From a virus (Duplodnaviria; Heunggongvirae; Uroviricota; Caudoviricetes): a stretch of 22,277 nucleotides of DNA. The stretch spans positions 1 through 22,277 of the IMG/VR virus record IMGVR_UViG_3300044970_001522. One strand, written 5' to 3'. The position numbers and the translations under genes are program-made. The notes beneath the pieces are model-generated. The model saw only the letters and a program-made list of their open reading frames with translations. It was not told the DNA's origin and made no database searches. Shown here one piece after another: positions 14,915 to 21,827 of the stretch; the first letter of the stretch is position 1, and the number at the start of each line of letters is the position of its first letter.

Positions 14915-14977
14915 CGGTTAACCGCTTGCTCCGGGGCGGTTTCCCGGCTTGTTTCTGCGTAGCATAAACGGTATAGT
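14915..14977 (+). promoter_or_regulatory. Promoter cassette copy 7 (full length, with spacer hairpin)
   Basis: Perfect palindrome GCGGTTAACCGC (14914-14925), GGGCGGTTTCCCGGC (14934), TTGTTT (14949), 17 nt, TATAGT (14972); near-identical to copy 2. Confidence 0.9.
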
Positions 14978-15030
14978 ATTTACATGAGCAGCGGTGCTCA
15001 GACACTTAGCCCCCTAACTCAGGAGACCCA

Positions 15031-15273
15031 ATGGACTTTCAGGAATTTGTCGAATGGGCTTCCAACCAACCCCAGACCAAGGGTATTCGGTGGGGTCAAC
15101 ACCTTGTTAACCAGCTTATGCACTGCAGCCCGGTCGCATACAGCAGAGTTCCCGAGGACCTAGACCCCTTCTACAGCGACACTCTTGTCCCAGGGTTCCT
15201 GGCCTTCCTAGGCGATAACTGGGGGAGTCTTACCACTCCGCTGTACCACCCTGAGATGGAGGAATGCGCTTAG
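15031..15273 (+). CDS. Hypothetical protein, 80 aa
   Basis: AGGAG Shine-Dalgarno upstream; RWGQHLVNQL..DPFY pattern. Confidence 0.8.
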   Translation: MDFQEFVEWASNQPQTKGIRWGQHLVNQLMHCSPVAYSRVPEDLDPFYSDTLVPGFLAFLGDNWGSLTTPLYHPEMEECA

Positions 15274-15440
15274 TCCCCCGGTCAAACAAAGCCAGGGCAG
15301 CCCTGGAAAAGTCGATGGGCGGTGACAGCGCCGTTCGGCTGGAAAAACGCACTGGCAACAAAGTACTTGTCTCTTCCAAGAGTGGGTACTGCGTGTGGGT
15401 CGACCTTTCGGGAGACCCGAACTGGGATCTTGTCCTTTAA
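15264..15440 (+). CDS. Hypothetical protein, 58 aa (not in ORF track)
   Basis: ATG..TAA, MRLVPRSNKARAALEKSMGGDSAVRLEKRTGNKVLVSSKSGYCVWVDLSGDPNWDLVL; GGAGG upstream. Confidence 0.75.
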   Translation: MRLVPRSNKARAALEKSMGGDSAVRLEKRTGNKVLVSSKSGYCVWVDLSGDPNWDLVL

Positions 15441-15449
15441 CCCTGCCCC

Positions 15450-15749
15450 ATGAAGTTTATACTGAGTTTAACCCTCTGCACTCTATGCTTGTTTTCTTCG
15501 GCACAACCTGCTTTCGCCTACCACCCGGAAGGGTGGAGACCTTTCTGGTCAAAGGACGCTCAGAGAGTCACAGAGGAAAACTGCAAGTTAGTCGCTGGAG
15601 CACAAAGTGTTGGGACACAAACTTGGGAGTTTCTCTACAAGTGCCCCAACGGTGACTCCTTCTGGTCCGAGGTTCTCATTCCATTCAACCCCACACTGCT
15701 TACTCCGCCCTTCTCATCAAATGGAAAAGCGTCACCAGACTCAGACTGA
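15450..15749 (+). CDS. Exported protein with signal peptide, 99 aa
   Basis: MKFILSLTLCTLCLFSSAQPAFA: Sec-type signal with AxA site. Confidence 0.75.
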   Translation: MKFILSLTLCTLCLFSSAQPAFAYHPEGWRPFWSKDAQRVTEENCKLVAGAQSVGTQTWEFLYKCPNGDSFWSEVLIPFNPTLLTPPFSSNGKASPDSD

Positions 15750-15897
15750 AGTCCCCTCGCAGACCTTGGGAGACCCCATAGCCCTGAGTAGCACAGTTGT
15801 GGATGGCCTCTGGATCCTGATAATTGTGGCACTATCCCTCTCTGCTCTACTCAGGGTCTCCCGAAGCAGGGTCTTTCGCCAGAAGTCCCGGTTTTGA
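15721..15897 (+). CDS. Small single-pass membrane protein
   Basis: ATG 15721 in track ORF 15607..15897; LWILIIVALSLSALL followed by basic tail. Confidence 0.55.
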   Translation: MEKRHQTQTEVPSQTLGDPIALSSTVVDGLWILIIVALSLSALLRVSRSRVFRQKSRF

Positions 15898-15936
15898 CTA
15901 CACTAAAAACACTCTCCGGTAACTCCCGCAAAGTCC

Positions 15937-16107
15937 ATGGAACTCTATCGTAGTCTCACAGCTGAAGAAGATGACTCTTTTCGTAGCTGGGCCAGGGAAA
16001 ACTACGTCCCGTTTTCCGAGATAAAAGGATTCTGGCACCCTTCTGTGCAAGCAGAGTGTGTTCTCATGAATTCTGAAGCCGGTTTACTCACCCCATCTCA
16101 CAGTTAA
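15937..16107 (+). CDS. Phage hypothetical protein, 56 aa (not in ORF track)
   Basis: ATG..TAA, MELYRSLTAEEDDSFRSWARENYVPFSEIKGFWHPSVQAECVLMN.. Confidence 0.75.
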   Translation: MELYRSLTAEEDDSFRSWARENYVPFSEIKGFWHPSVQAECVLMNSEAGLLTPSHS

Positions 16108-16119
16108 ACTGTTAACACA

Positions 16120-16383
16120 ATGTCTCACCTTGATTGTTCCGAAGATGACTACAAACTAAACCTTATGATTGAAGTGGATAACCTACTCTATAAGTTCCAA
16201 AAAGAAATACTCAGTACGAGGCAGGTTATCCCGTGGGCGAGCACCAGGGTTGGACCCTGCTACGCTGTCCCTCAGGACCAAGTTGTAGGGGGGTTTAAGG
16301 GGCTGAAGAAAGAGCTTTTAGCACTTTTAGTACGGAAGTACGACGTGAAACCGAAACTTGAGGGGCTTGCCGCTCATGACTGA
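16120..16383 (+). CDS. Hypothetical protein, 87 aa
   Basis: ATG start, same-strand packing. Confidence 0.7.
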   Translation: MSHLDCSEDDYKLNLMIEVDNLLYKFQKEILSTRQVIPWASTRVGPCYAVPQDQVVGGFKGLKKELLALLVRKYDVKPKLEGLAAHD

Positions 16384-16549
16384 AGGGGACCTTGAAAAGT
16401 TGTTAGAAATTCGAGAGGATTGCCGTTGCCGTTTGAGCAACCGCACTCTGACTCATGACTTGGGGGTTTCGGCCCCCTTACACCGCCAACTTTCCTGGCC
16501 AAAACAGCACCCTACACTCCAACCCACGCTGAAACACTGTGAACCTTGA
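16376..16549 (+). CDS. Hypothetical protein, 57 aa
   Basis: ATG 16376 overlapping upstream gene end with GAGGGG upstream. Confidence 0.5.
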   Translation: MTEGDLEKLLEIREDCRCRLSNRTLTHDLGVSAPLHRQLSWPKQHPTLQPTLKHCEP

Positions 16550-16907
16550 ACTAAAGGCCCTTAGTCCTTCAGGAAAGAAAAAGGCCAAGAAACTAATGTT
16601 GGACCCCGTAGAAATACGAAACTACGGTGTATTTAATTGGGCAGATTTCAAAAGTTCAGAAGACTTCTACCGGTTTAAGGTGGAGTGGGACACACACCAG
16701 GTCATGCGGGAGATCTTGTCTGGTTTGAACACCGAAGAGGTCACCCCGAATCCGACGAGCGACGCGGGAATTAACTGGACGAACTTGTCCGAGTCTCAAG
16801 AGAAAGTATTTAAGAACCTTGCCTGTATCGTCCTTGACCTAAGGCAGAAAGTGGAAAACGCTGAAGAAGCGGCGAGAGAAGTTTCACGGAGGTTGGACCT
16901 AGTATGA
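16539..16907 (+). CDS. Hypothetical protein, 122 aa
   Basis: GTG start, overlaps both neighbours. Confidence 0.7.
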   Translation: MNLELKALSPSGKKKAKKLMLDPVEIRNYGVFNWADFKSSEDFYRFKVEWDTHQVMREILSGLNTEEVTPNPTSDAGINWTNLSESQEKVFKNLACIVLDLRQKVENAEEAAREVSRRLDLV

Positions 16908-17113
16908 TAATGCTACTGAAGGGACCCGATGGGAGAAAATATATAGCCGACTGGACCCCTGACAGGGAAAGTTGGTTAGTAACTGAGTTTGGTCCTAGAA
17001 TTGGTTCCGATGTGCTGCCGTCAGAGTGGTGGGACAAGGAAGCCAGAAATCACTGGGGGCGATCCCAAACTTACGACAATCTTGATGCGTTTGCCATACT
17101 AGCATCCCACTAA
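16904..17113 (+). CDS. Hypothetical protein, 69 aa
   Basis: ATGA overlap; Trp-rich. Confidence 0.75.
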   Translation: MIMLLKGPDGRKYIADWTPDRESWLVTEFGPRIGSDVLPSEWWDKEARNHWGRSQTYDNLDAFAILASH

Positions 17114-17167
17114 GACTCCGACACGTTAACCCATCAGAACCAGGCAGGGGCCTAAATCAGTAGGAAA

Positions 17168-17863
17168 ATGAAGATCCAATCAAAATTCAAGGACTACTAC
17201 GACTATGTGGAGTATTTGTACTCTCAAGAAGGTGGTGACCCCTCGAACACTTACGTTCGCAAAGAGCTGTCACAGCCTGACCAACCGGACTCTTCGAATG
17301 TGTACGTAAACGTCAACGAAACCGAACGCATACCAGAAGTACCCACCAGAAGAGACTACTACGGGGAGATCCTTCCTTGGGTGTTTAAGTGGTGCTCAGT
17401 TTGCGGAGAGCTGTACCTTCTTGTCTCAAAGATAAATTTTAATCCTGATTGGAGACTAATTACAGAAGACCACCCATCCTTGCGCATGGTACACAGCAGC
17501 CACCGAAGATGGTTCGAAGAAATTAGGATGGACGAAATATGGGGTGTTCCGAACAAAAGTTGTGTGGATATCTCAAGACAACTTCAGGTTCCCGTATTCG
17601 TGATAGAACCCACTCCGAGGCTCAGCGGACTTAAAAAGTCGCCTCAAGTGGCCGTAAGTCGAGAGATCCCAAACCTTGGGAAGTTGGGATTCGCCTCAGT
17701 AATCCCGGCTGAGCAAATGTACCAAAATATATCAATGTTTATGGCCTCGCTGAGGGATAGCCCAGACAGTGTTCCGCCTGTGAGTGTATCGGACAAGGAT
17801 CGACTCGTGCAGAAGGGGTTTGATGCTAAGATATCATTTCGAGGAAAGTTTCCCCGTGCTTAG
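17168..17863 (+). CDS. Phage hypothetical protein (MKI.SKFKDYYD family)
   Basis: MKIQSKFKDYYDYV..; LGFASVIPAEQMYQNISMF..SDKDRLVQKGFD..SFR recurring phage pattern. Confidence 0.85.
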   Translation: MKIQSKFKDYYDYVEYLYSQEGGDPSNTYVRKELSQPDQPDSSNVYVNVNETERIPEVPTRRDYYGEILPWVFKWCSVCGELYLLVSKINFNPDWRLITEDHPSLRMVHSSHRRWFEEIRMDEIWGVPNKSCVDISRQLQVPVFVIEPTPRLSGLKKSPQVAVSREIPNLGKLGFASVIPAEQMYQNISMFMASLRDSPDSVPPVSVSDKDRLVQKGFDAKISFRGKFPRA

Positions 17864-17952
17864 CCCTTACCCATGGTGCGAGACTCTAACCCTTACCTTG
17901 GGTCTTATTTCCACCCAAGCAAGCCCGCTCAAACAAGAACCATACAAGGAAA

Positions 17953-18834
17953 ATGACAACTTTCGACAAATGCCTCGGAGCCTTTATTGGCCTTGCGATC
18001 GGTGACGCGATGGGTGCGCCAGTGGAGTTCTCTCCACCGGGGACATTCGAGCCAGTCACAGGCTACCGAGAAGGAGGACCCTTTAATCTGCCGTCAGGCT
18101 ACTGGACGGACGACACATCGCAGGCTGTTTGCCTTGCCGAGTCTTTTATTCATTGCAATGGGCAGATCAATCTTGGAGACCAAATGCGTCGGTACTCCAA
18201 CTGGTACGAGTACGGAAGGAACAGCTCAACAGGTGTCTGTTTTGACATCGGCAATGGAACACTCCGTGCAATTGAGACTTTTCTCGTTGAGGGGTCTTTG
18301 GGTCTCTATCCGGAGAATTCGAAAGGAAACGGGTCTTTGATGCGTTTGTCCCCCGTTTCTATTGTTTACCACAAATCGAGTGAGGGGGACGCTGTAGCAG
18401 CTTGTGACGCGTCATCCTCAACAACCCATGGCCACTTGGCATCCGACCTATGCAAAGATCTCGGTCGTTTGCTGCACCGATACTTGAATGGTACGGGGGA
18501 GAAACCTGAAGTCTCGCCGGAGGGAATTGAAAATTCCGGGTACGCACCGAAGTCCTTAAACGCCGCACTCTACCATTTCGGGTCAACTTCGTCCTTTGAA
18601 GAGGCCATCCTGCAGGCTGTGAACTACGGGGACGACTCAGACACGGTTGCTGCGATCACGGGACAGCTAGCAGGTGCTTACTACGGTTACAAGGCTATTC
18701 CTAGGCGATGGATTTCAGGGTTGCACGACAGTGAAAGACTTTTGCTCATAGCAAGCACTTTGTACGACCTTTCGTTTGGGGCGGTTTCCCCCCCTTGTTT
18801 CTACTCTGAAATAACGTATAATACCCTTACTTAA
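17953..18834 (+). CDS. ADP-ribosylglycohydrolase (DraG/ARH family)
   Basis: GLAIGDAMGAPVEF, WTDDT, GNGSLMRLSP, GDDSDTVAAITGQLAGAYYG. Confidence 0.95.
   Translation: MTTFDKCLGAFIGLAIGDAMGAPVEFSPPGTFEPVTGYREGGPFNLPSGYWTDDTSQAVCLAESFIHCNGQINLGDQMRRYSNWYEYGRNSSTGVCFDIGNGTLRAIETFLVEGSLGLYPENSKGNGSLMRLSPVSIVYHKSSEGDAVAACDASSSTTHGHLASDLCKDLGRLLHRYLNGTGEKPEVSPEGIENSGYAPKSLNAALYHFGSTSSFEEAILQAVNYGDDSDTVAAITGQLAGAYYGYKAIPRRWISGLHDSERLLLIASTLYDLSFGAVSPPCFYSEITYNTLT
18779..18822 (+). promoter_or_regulatory. Promoter cassette copy 8 (inside 3' end of ARH gene)
   Basis: GGGCGGTTTCCCCCCC, TTGTTT (18795), 16 nt, TATAAT (18817). Confidence 0.8.
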
Positions 18835-18850
18835 GCTCTCGAAACCGCAA

Positions 18851-19258
18851 ATGCATTTCTACGCGATCACACGCCGCGACCTTGACCCTGCTCAGCAAGC
18901 TATTCAGGCGGCTCACGCACAAGTTGAGTTTGCGAGAGTACACCCTGATTCTTTAGCCCAAGACCACCCGCCTTTCGTATGGCTATCGGCTGAGAACAAG
19001 TGGGAGCTTTTGCAACTCTCGTGTGTTCTTCGGAGTTACGGACTCTCGGTGGTAGAATTTCACGATCCAGACTACAAGGGGTTTGACCCCAGTGCCCTAG
19101 CGTGCCTGGTCGACGAAGACCACCGTTATTTGCTCTCTGAGTTCCCTTTATGGGTTCCCCTCAGGGCTACGCCGGTTGCAATCAAGGGGCAAACGGTAGC
19201 CTCACATTTTTTCTCACTACTGCGGGAAGGCAGCTTGGAAAACCACGCGGAGGGGTAA
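18851..19258 (+). CDS. Peptidyl-tRNA hydrolase type 2 (Pth2)-like protein
   Basis: YAITRRDL..QQAIQAAHA N-terminal motif, then wL..ENKWEL and F.DPD..T/SALA pattern as in phage Pth2-like proteins. Confidence 0.65.
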   Translation: MHFYAITRRDLDPAQQAIQAAHAQVEFARVHPDSLAQDHPPFVWLSAENKWELLQLSCVLRSYGLSVVEFHDPDYKGFDPSALACLVDEDHRYLLSEFPLWVPLRATPVAIKGQTVASHFFSLLREGSLENHAEG

Positions 19259-19267
19259 AGTACCTTA

Positions 19268-20488
19268 GTGCTTGCTTCGGTTGTACGAATGTACGGAGAA
19301 ATTTCCCCCGATACCCTGGCGTTAATACACGACTTCACACGTTGTGTAAAACCGGACGGCGGGGTGTATGGTACAGCAGGACAGTGCCGCAAGGGGGTGG
19401 AGTCCGCAAAGGAAACTCGCAGCATTCGACGAGAGTCTGTACTTAAGAGTGTAGAACTTTACGAAAAGAATAGCTCTGACGCTCTAAACAAGAATCTAAG
19501 GACTCTTGAGGGAATGCTTTTGTCAAAGCCAGGGTACCGCACACCCCTCACAGAGAGTGCCCTAACCGCAATGCGATACCTTCGCCTAAAGACTCACTTG
19601 GCGAAGAAGGCAGAGCAAACACAACAAAAGGGTGCCCTTCAGGATCAATACGAAGAATTAGTGAGAAACTCACCGAAGTACACGCAAACACCCGGATCGA
19701 GCAAACCTTTACCGAAAGCCACGGTTGAGAAAGAGGTTGAGCTTCTTGAAAAGGAACTTGAAGCACTGAAGAAAAGAGTCCGAGCAATAGGAGAGCCTAC
19801 CGACGACGTGTCAAGAGAGAAGCTTTTACACCTGCAAAAGGAAGGTATGGAGCTCGGTCGAACACTTTCGAGTGCTCGAAAGGGCACCTTGTTACCGCCG
19901 ATTCTCACTTCTGTGTACGAACGACAAGGTTTTCATGCTCGACCGGAAGTTGTTGCAACACGATCGGAACTGGAATCAAGAAAAGATATAGCCCGGAACC
20001 CCGACGGAAGGCCAATTGTGGCTTATCGCGGCGTAAGTTCAAGTGAGTTTTCATTGCAGTTCAAGGGTGGTGGTCCCGAAGGAGACAAGCACTTTCCTGG
20101 TGGAGGGATTTACGGGAGTGGGAGTTACTCTGCTTCTTCCCCTTTGTCTGGTAAGGTTAAGCATGACAAGTGGGCCCAAGAGACAGCGAAAGACTATACA
20201 GGTGACTGGAGAAACGCCACAACCATGGTTTCAGCCTTTGCATTCCGGTCTGACGCTCGACTCGTACAGTTTGAGGGGGACGGGAAGCAGTTTAAGCAGT
20301 GGGAAGAAGAAACATTGAAAAAAGCAAGAGAGACGACGGGCTACGACCATCACGATGTTGGGTCCGCCGCTGCATCTCTTGGAGTGCATGCGTATAGAGT
20401 TCCACAGACCGATGGCCAAGACTTCTGGGTTGTTCTCAACCGTGGAGCAATCATCGTAGCGAACGACCCTGAATTAACACCGGACTAA
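19268..20488 (+). CDS. Multi-domain protein: DFTRCxxPDG..YGT.G.CRKG motif, helical middle, C-terminal ADP-ribosyltransferase-like domain (tentative)
   Basis: C-terminal IVAYRGV..GGGIYGSGSYSAS..LGVHAY.V..DFWVVLNRGAIIV resembles ART-fold strands; catalytic Glu not evident; alternative start ATG 19289. Confidence 0.5.
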   Translation: MLASVVRMYGEISPDTLALIHDFTRCVKPDGGVYGTAGQCRKGVESAKETRSIRRESVLKSVELYEKNSSDALNKNLRTLEGMLLSKPGYRTPLTESALTAMRYLRLKTHLAKKAEQTQQKGALQDQYEELVRNSPKYTQTPGSSKPLPKATVEKEVELLEKELEALKKRVRAIGEPTDDVSREKLLHLQKEGMELGRTLSSARKGTLLPPILTSVYERQGFHARPEVVATRSELESRKDIARNPDGRPIVAYRGVSSSEFSLQFKGGGPEGDKHFPGGGIYGSGSYSASSPLSGKVKHDKWAQETAKDYTGDWRNATTMVSAFAFRSDARLVQFEGDGKQFKQWEEETLKKARETTGYDHHDVGSAAASLGVHAYRVPQTDGQDFWVVLNRGAIIVANDPELTPD

Positions 20489-20489
20489 A

Positions 20490-20645
20490 ATGAACCTTAA
20501 CGACCCCACAACCAGTCGCACTCTCGCGGCACTCATTCAGAATATTGCAGCTGATTCCCGCGAGCAATTTCGACAGGATGCTGCGCAGGCCCCAGACATG
20601 AAAACCTTTCTGAAAGGGTTGAACCGATACAAATCGACTCTGTGA
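20490..20645 (+). CDS. Hypothetical protein, 51 aa (not in ORF track)
   Basis: ATG 1 nt after upstream stop; MNLNDPTTSRTLAALIQNIAADSREQFRQDAAQAPDMKTFLKGLNRYKSTL. Confidence 0.7.
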   Translation: MNLNDPTTSRTLAALIQNIAADSREQFRQDAAQAPDMKTFLKGLNRYKSTL

Positions 20646-20680
20646 GACTTTCTTGCAGTGAGACTGCTTATGGCGAAGCA

Positions 20681-20830
20681 ATGGAAAAGCTCTTCACAGC
20701 TCAGTGGAACATTCCTCAGGCCGCCACCGCACTCGGGAAGCCAGTGAGCGAAGAAAGCTGGGACGAAACGAAAGAGTTATTCCGTGAATATTGTTTGGAA
20801 CACACACCTATCGCCTTCAACGCCGGGTAG
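20681..20830 (+). CDS. Small phage hypothetical protein (LF.A.WN.PQAA family)
   Basis: ATG 20681 within track ORF 20642..20830. Confidence 0.65.
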   Translation: MEKLFTAQWNIPQAATALGKPVSEESWDETKELFREYCLEHTPIAFNAG

Positions 20831-20844
20831 TTTACCAATTCGAG

Positions 20845-20911
20845 AAAGCGATATACTGTAAAAGTCCTGAGACGTAAATACGTCGCCCGTTATGAGTGGG
20901 TTCCCTGTCTT
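20845..20911 (+). promoter_or_regulatory. Partial cassette pieces upstream of the lysin genes
   Basis: AAAGCGATATACT (20845-20857) matches the cassette -10 end; GGGTTCCCTGTCTT (20898-20911) is identical to part of copy 6. Confidence 0.4.
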
Positions 20912-21033
20912 CGCAGACAAGGTAGGACTCGGAGCCTAACATTGCGCTCTTAAATAAAATGTGCCGTGGGAAAACGCACCTTGAAACAGGTGAGTGACCG
21001 TTTCCTATACGGATGCCGAATTCTCTTCAATAA

Positions 21034-21672
21034 ATGCTCAACCTTGCTACACTTGTGGCCGTCTCCCTCGTTGGAACTGCTGCAACCCCTTTCAGCAACA
21101 CCGTTGCCGCTAGGGACATTGCCCCAGAAACAACTTTCGAATCGCGCTTCATTTGCACAGGCTGCGGTCCAATCAATTCTCTGCCGACTCACGCTTACAA
21201 ACTCACCCCAGAGCGTCGAGCCCTTTTAAACACCATTCGCTTCGCTGAAGGAACTTGGAAAGACGGCCATAATGATGGCTACCGAGTTGTATTTGGGGGT
21301 GGAACGGTGTCCACGCTAGACCGACATCCCAACCAAGTGCGCTACTCGCCGCGTTATGCTAGCGCAGCAGCGGGGGCCTACCAGTTTCTGCCAAGTACTT
21401 GGTATGAGGCAGCCCGAAAGCTCAACCTGAGCGATTTCGGTCCCACTAACCAGGATCAGGCTGCCTTGTACTTAATCGAGCGACGCGACGCTTTGCACCT
21501 CGCTGACTCTGGGAAGATTACCCCAACTCTACTCGCAAGACTCGCACCAGAATGGGCTTCCCTTCCAACTTACAATGGAAGCAGTTACTACGATCAGCCG
21601 GTCAAAACCTACGACAACCTTCGCCTCTTCTACGAAAACAACTTGGCGATGCTGCGCCAGGAGGAAGGTTGA
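21034..21672 (+). CDS. Lambda-lysozyme-like / GH104 lytic transglycosylase with N-terminal signal sequence
   Basis: RALLNTIRFAEGT (catalytic Glu), YRVVFGG, SAAAGAYQFLPSTW, FGPTNQDQAALYLI, LAPEWASLP; hydrophobic N-terminus. Confidence 0.9.
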   Translation: MLNLATLVAVSLVGTAATPFSNTVAARDIAPETTFESRFICTGCGPINSLPTHAYKLTPERRALLNTIRFAEGTWKDGHNDGYRVVFGGGTVSTLDRHPNQVRYSPRYASAAAGAYQFLPSTWYEAARKLNLSDFGPTNQDQAALYLIERRDALHLADSGKITPTLLARLAPEWASLPTYNGSSYYDQPVKTYDNLRLFYENNLAMLRQEEG

Positions 21673-21673
21673 T

Positions 21674-21718
21674 GGGCGGTTTCCCGAACTTTACCTTGGG
21701 CCTTTTACGAGCTAAGCT
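21674..21718 (+). promoter_or_regulatory. Promoter cassette copy 9, upstream of rlpA-like gene
   Basis: GGGCGGTTTCCCGAAC, TTTACC (21690), 17 nt, TAAGCT (21713). Confidence 0.65.
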
Positions 21719-21827
21719 TGGGTCCAGCCCGAAACGGCTTCAGCTAGGTACACCTTCGCTGGGCCAACGGGCACTGAGCCGTGGTTGCGCAATGCAACGA
21801 ACACGGATGTTCAACTCTACTTTATCC

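Noticed and set aside
2269-14969. Spacer hairpins as direct N4-type virion RNA polymerase promoters
   Set aside because: In N4 the GDA-loop hairpin is on the template strand; here it is on the coding strand, so such a polymerase would transcribe antisense to every gene. No such polymerase gene is in the window.
14984-15030. Leaderless ATG 7 nt after the -10 of copy 7
   Set aside because: Out of frame with the SD-preceded gene at 15031 and its product is not protein-like; probably coincidental.
15264-15440. Suspected further frameshift at GCAGCCCTGG
   Set aside because: On recount the run is three Cs and the ORF is intact in one frame.
17841-17890. GGAAAGTTTCCCCGTGC as another cassette copy upstream of the ARH gene
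   Set aside because: Partial box only; no -10 at the conserved distance.
443-21718. Repeated cassette as integron attC sites or CRISPR repeats
   Set aside because: No paired RYYYAAC/GTTRRRY boxes with long imperfect palindrome, no constant-length spacers, and spacing is kilobases; it contains correctly spaced -35/-10 boxes.
21552-21791. Long 5' extension of the RlpA ORF
   Set aside because: Overlaps the muramidase gene and runs through promoter copy 9; the signal peptide begins at 21828.
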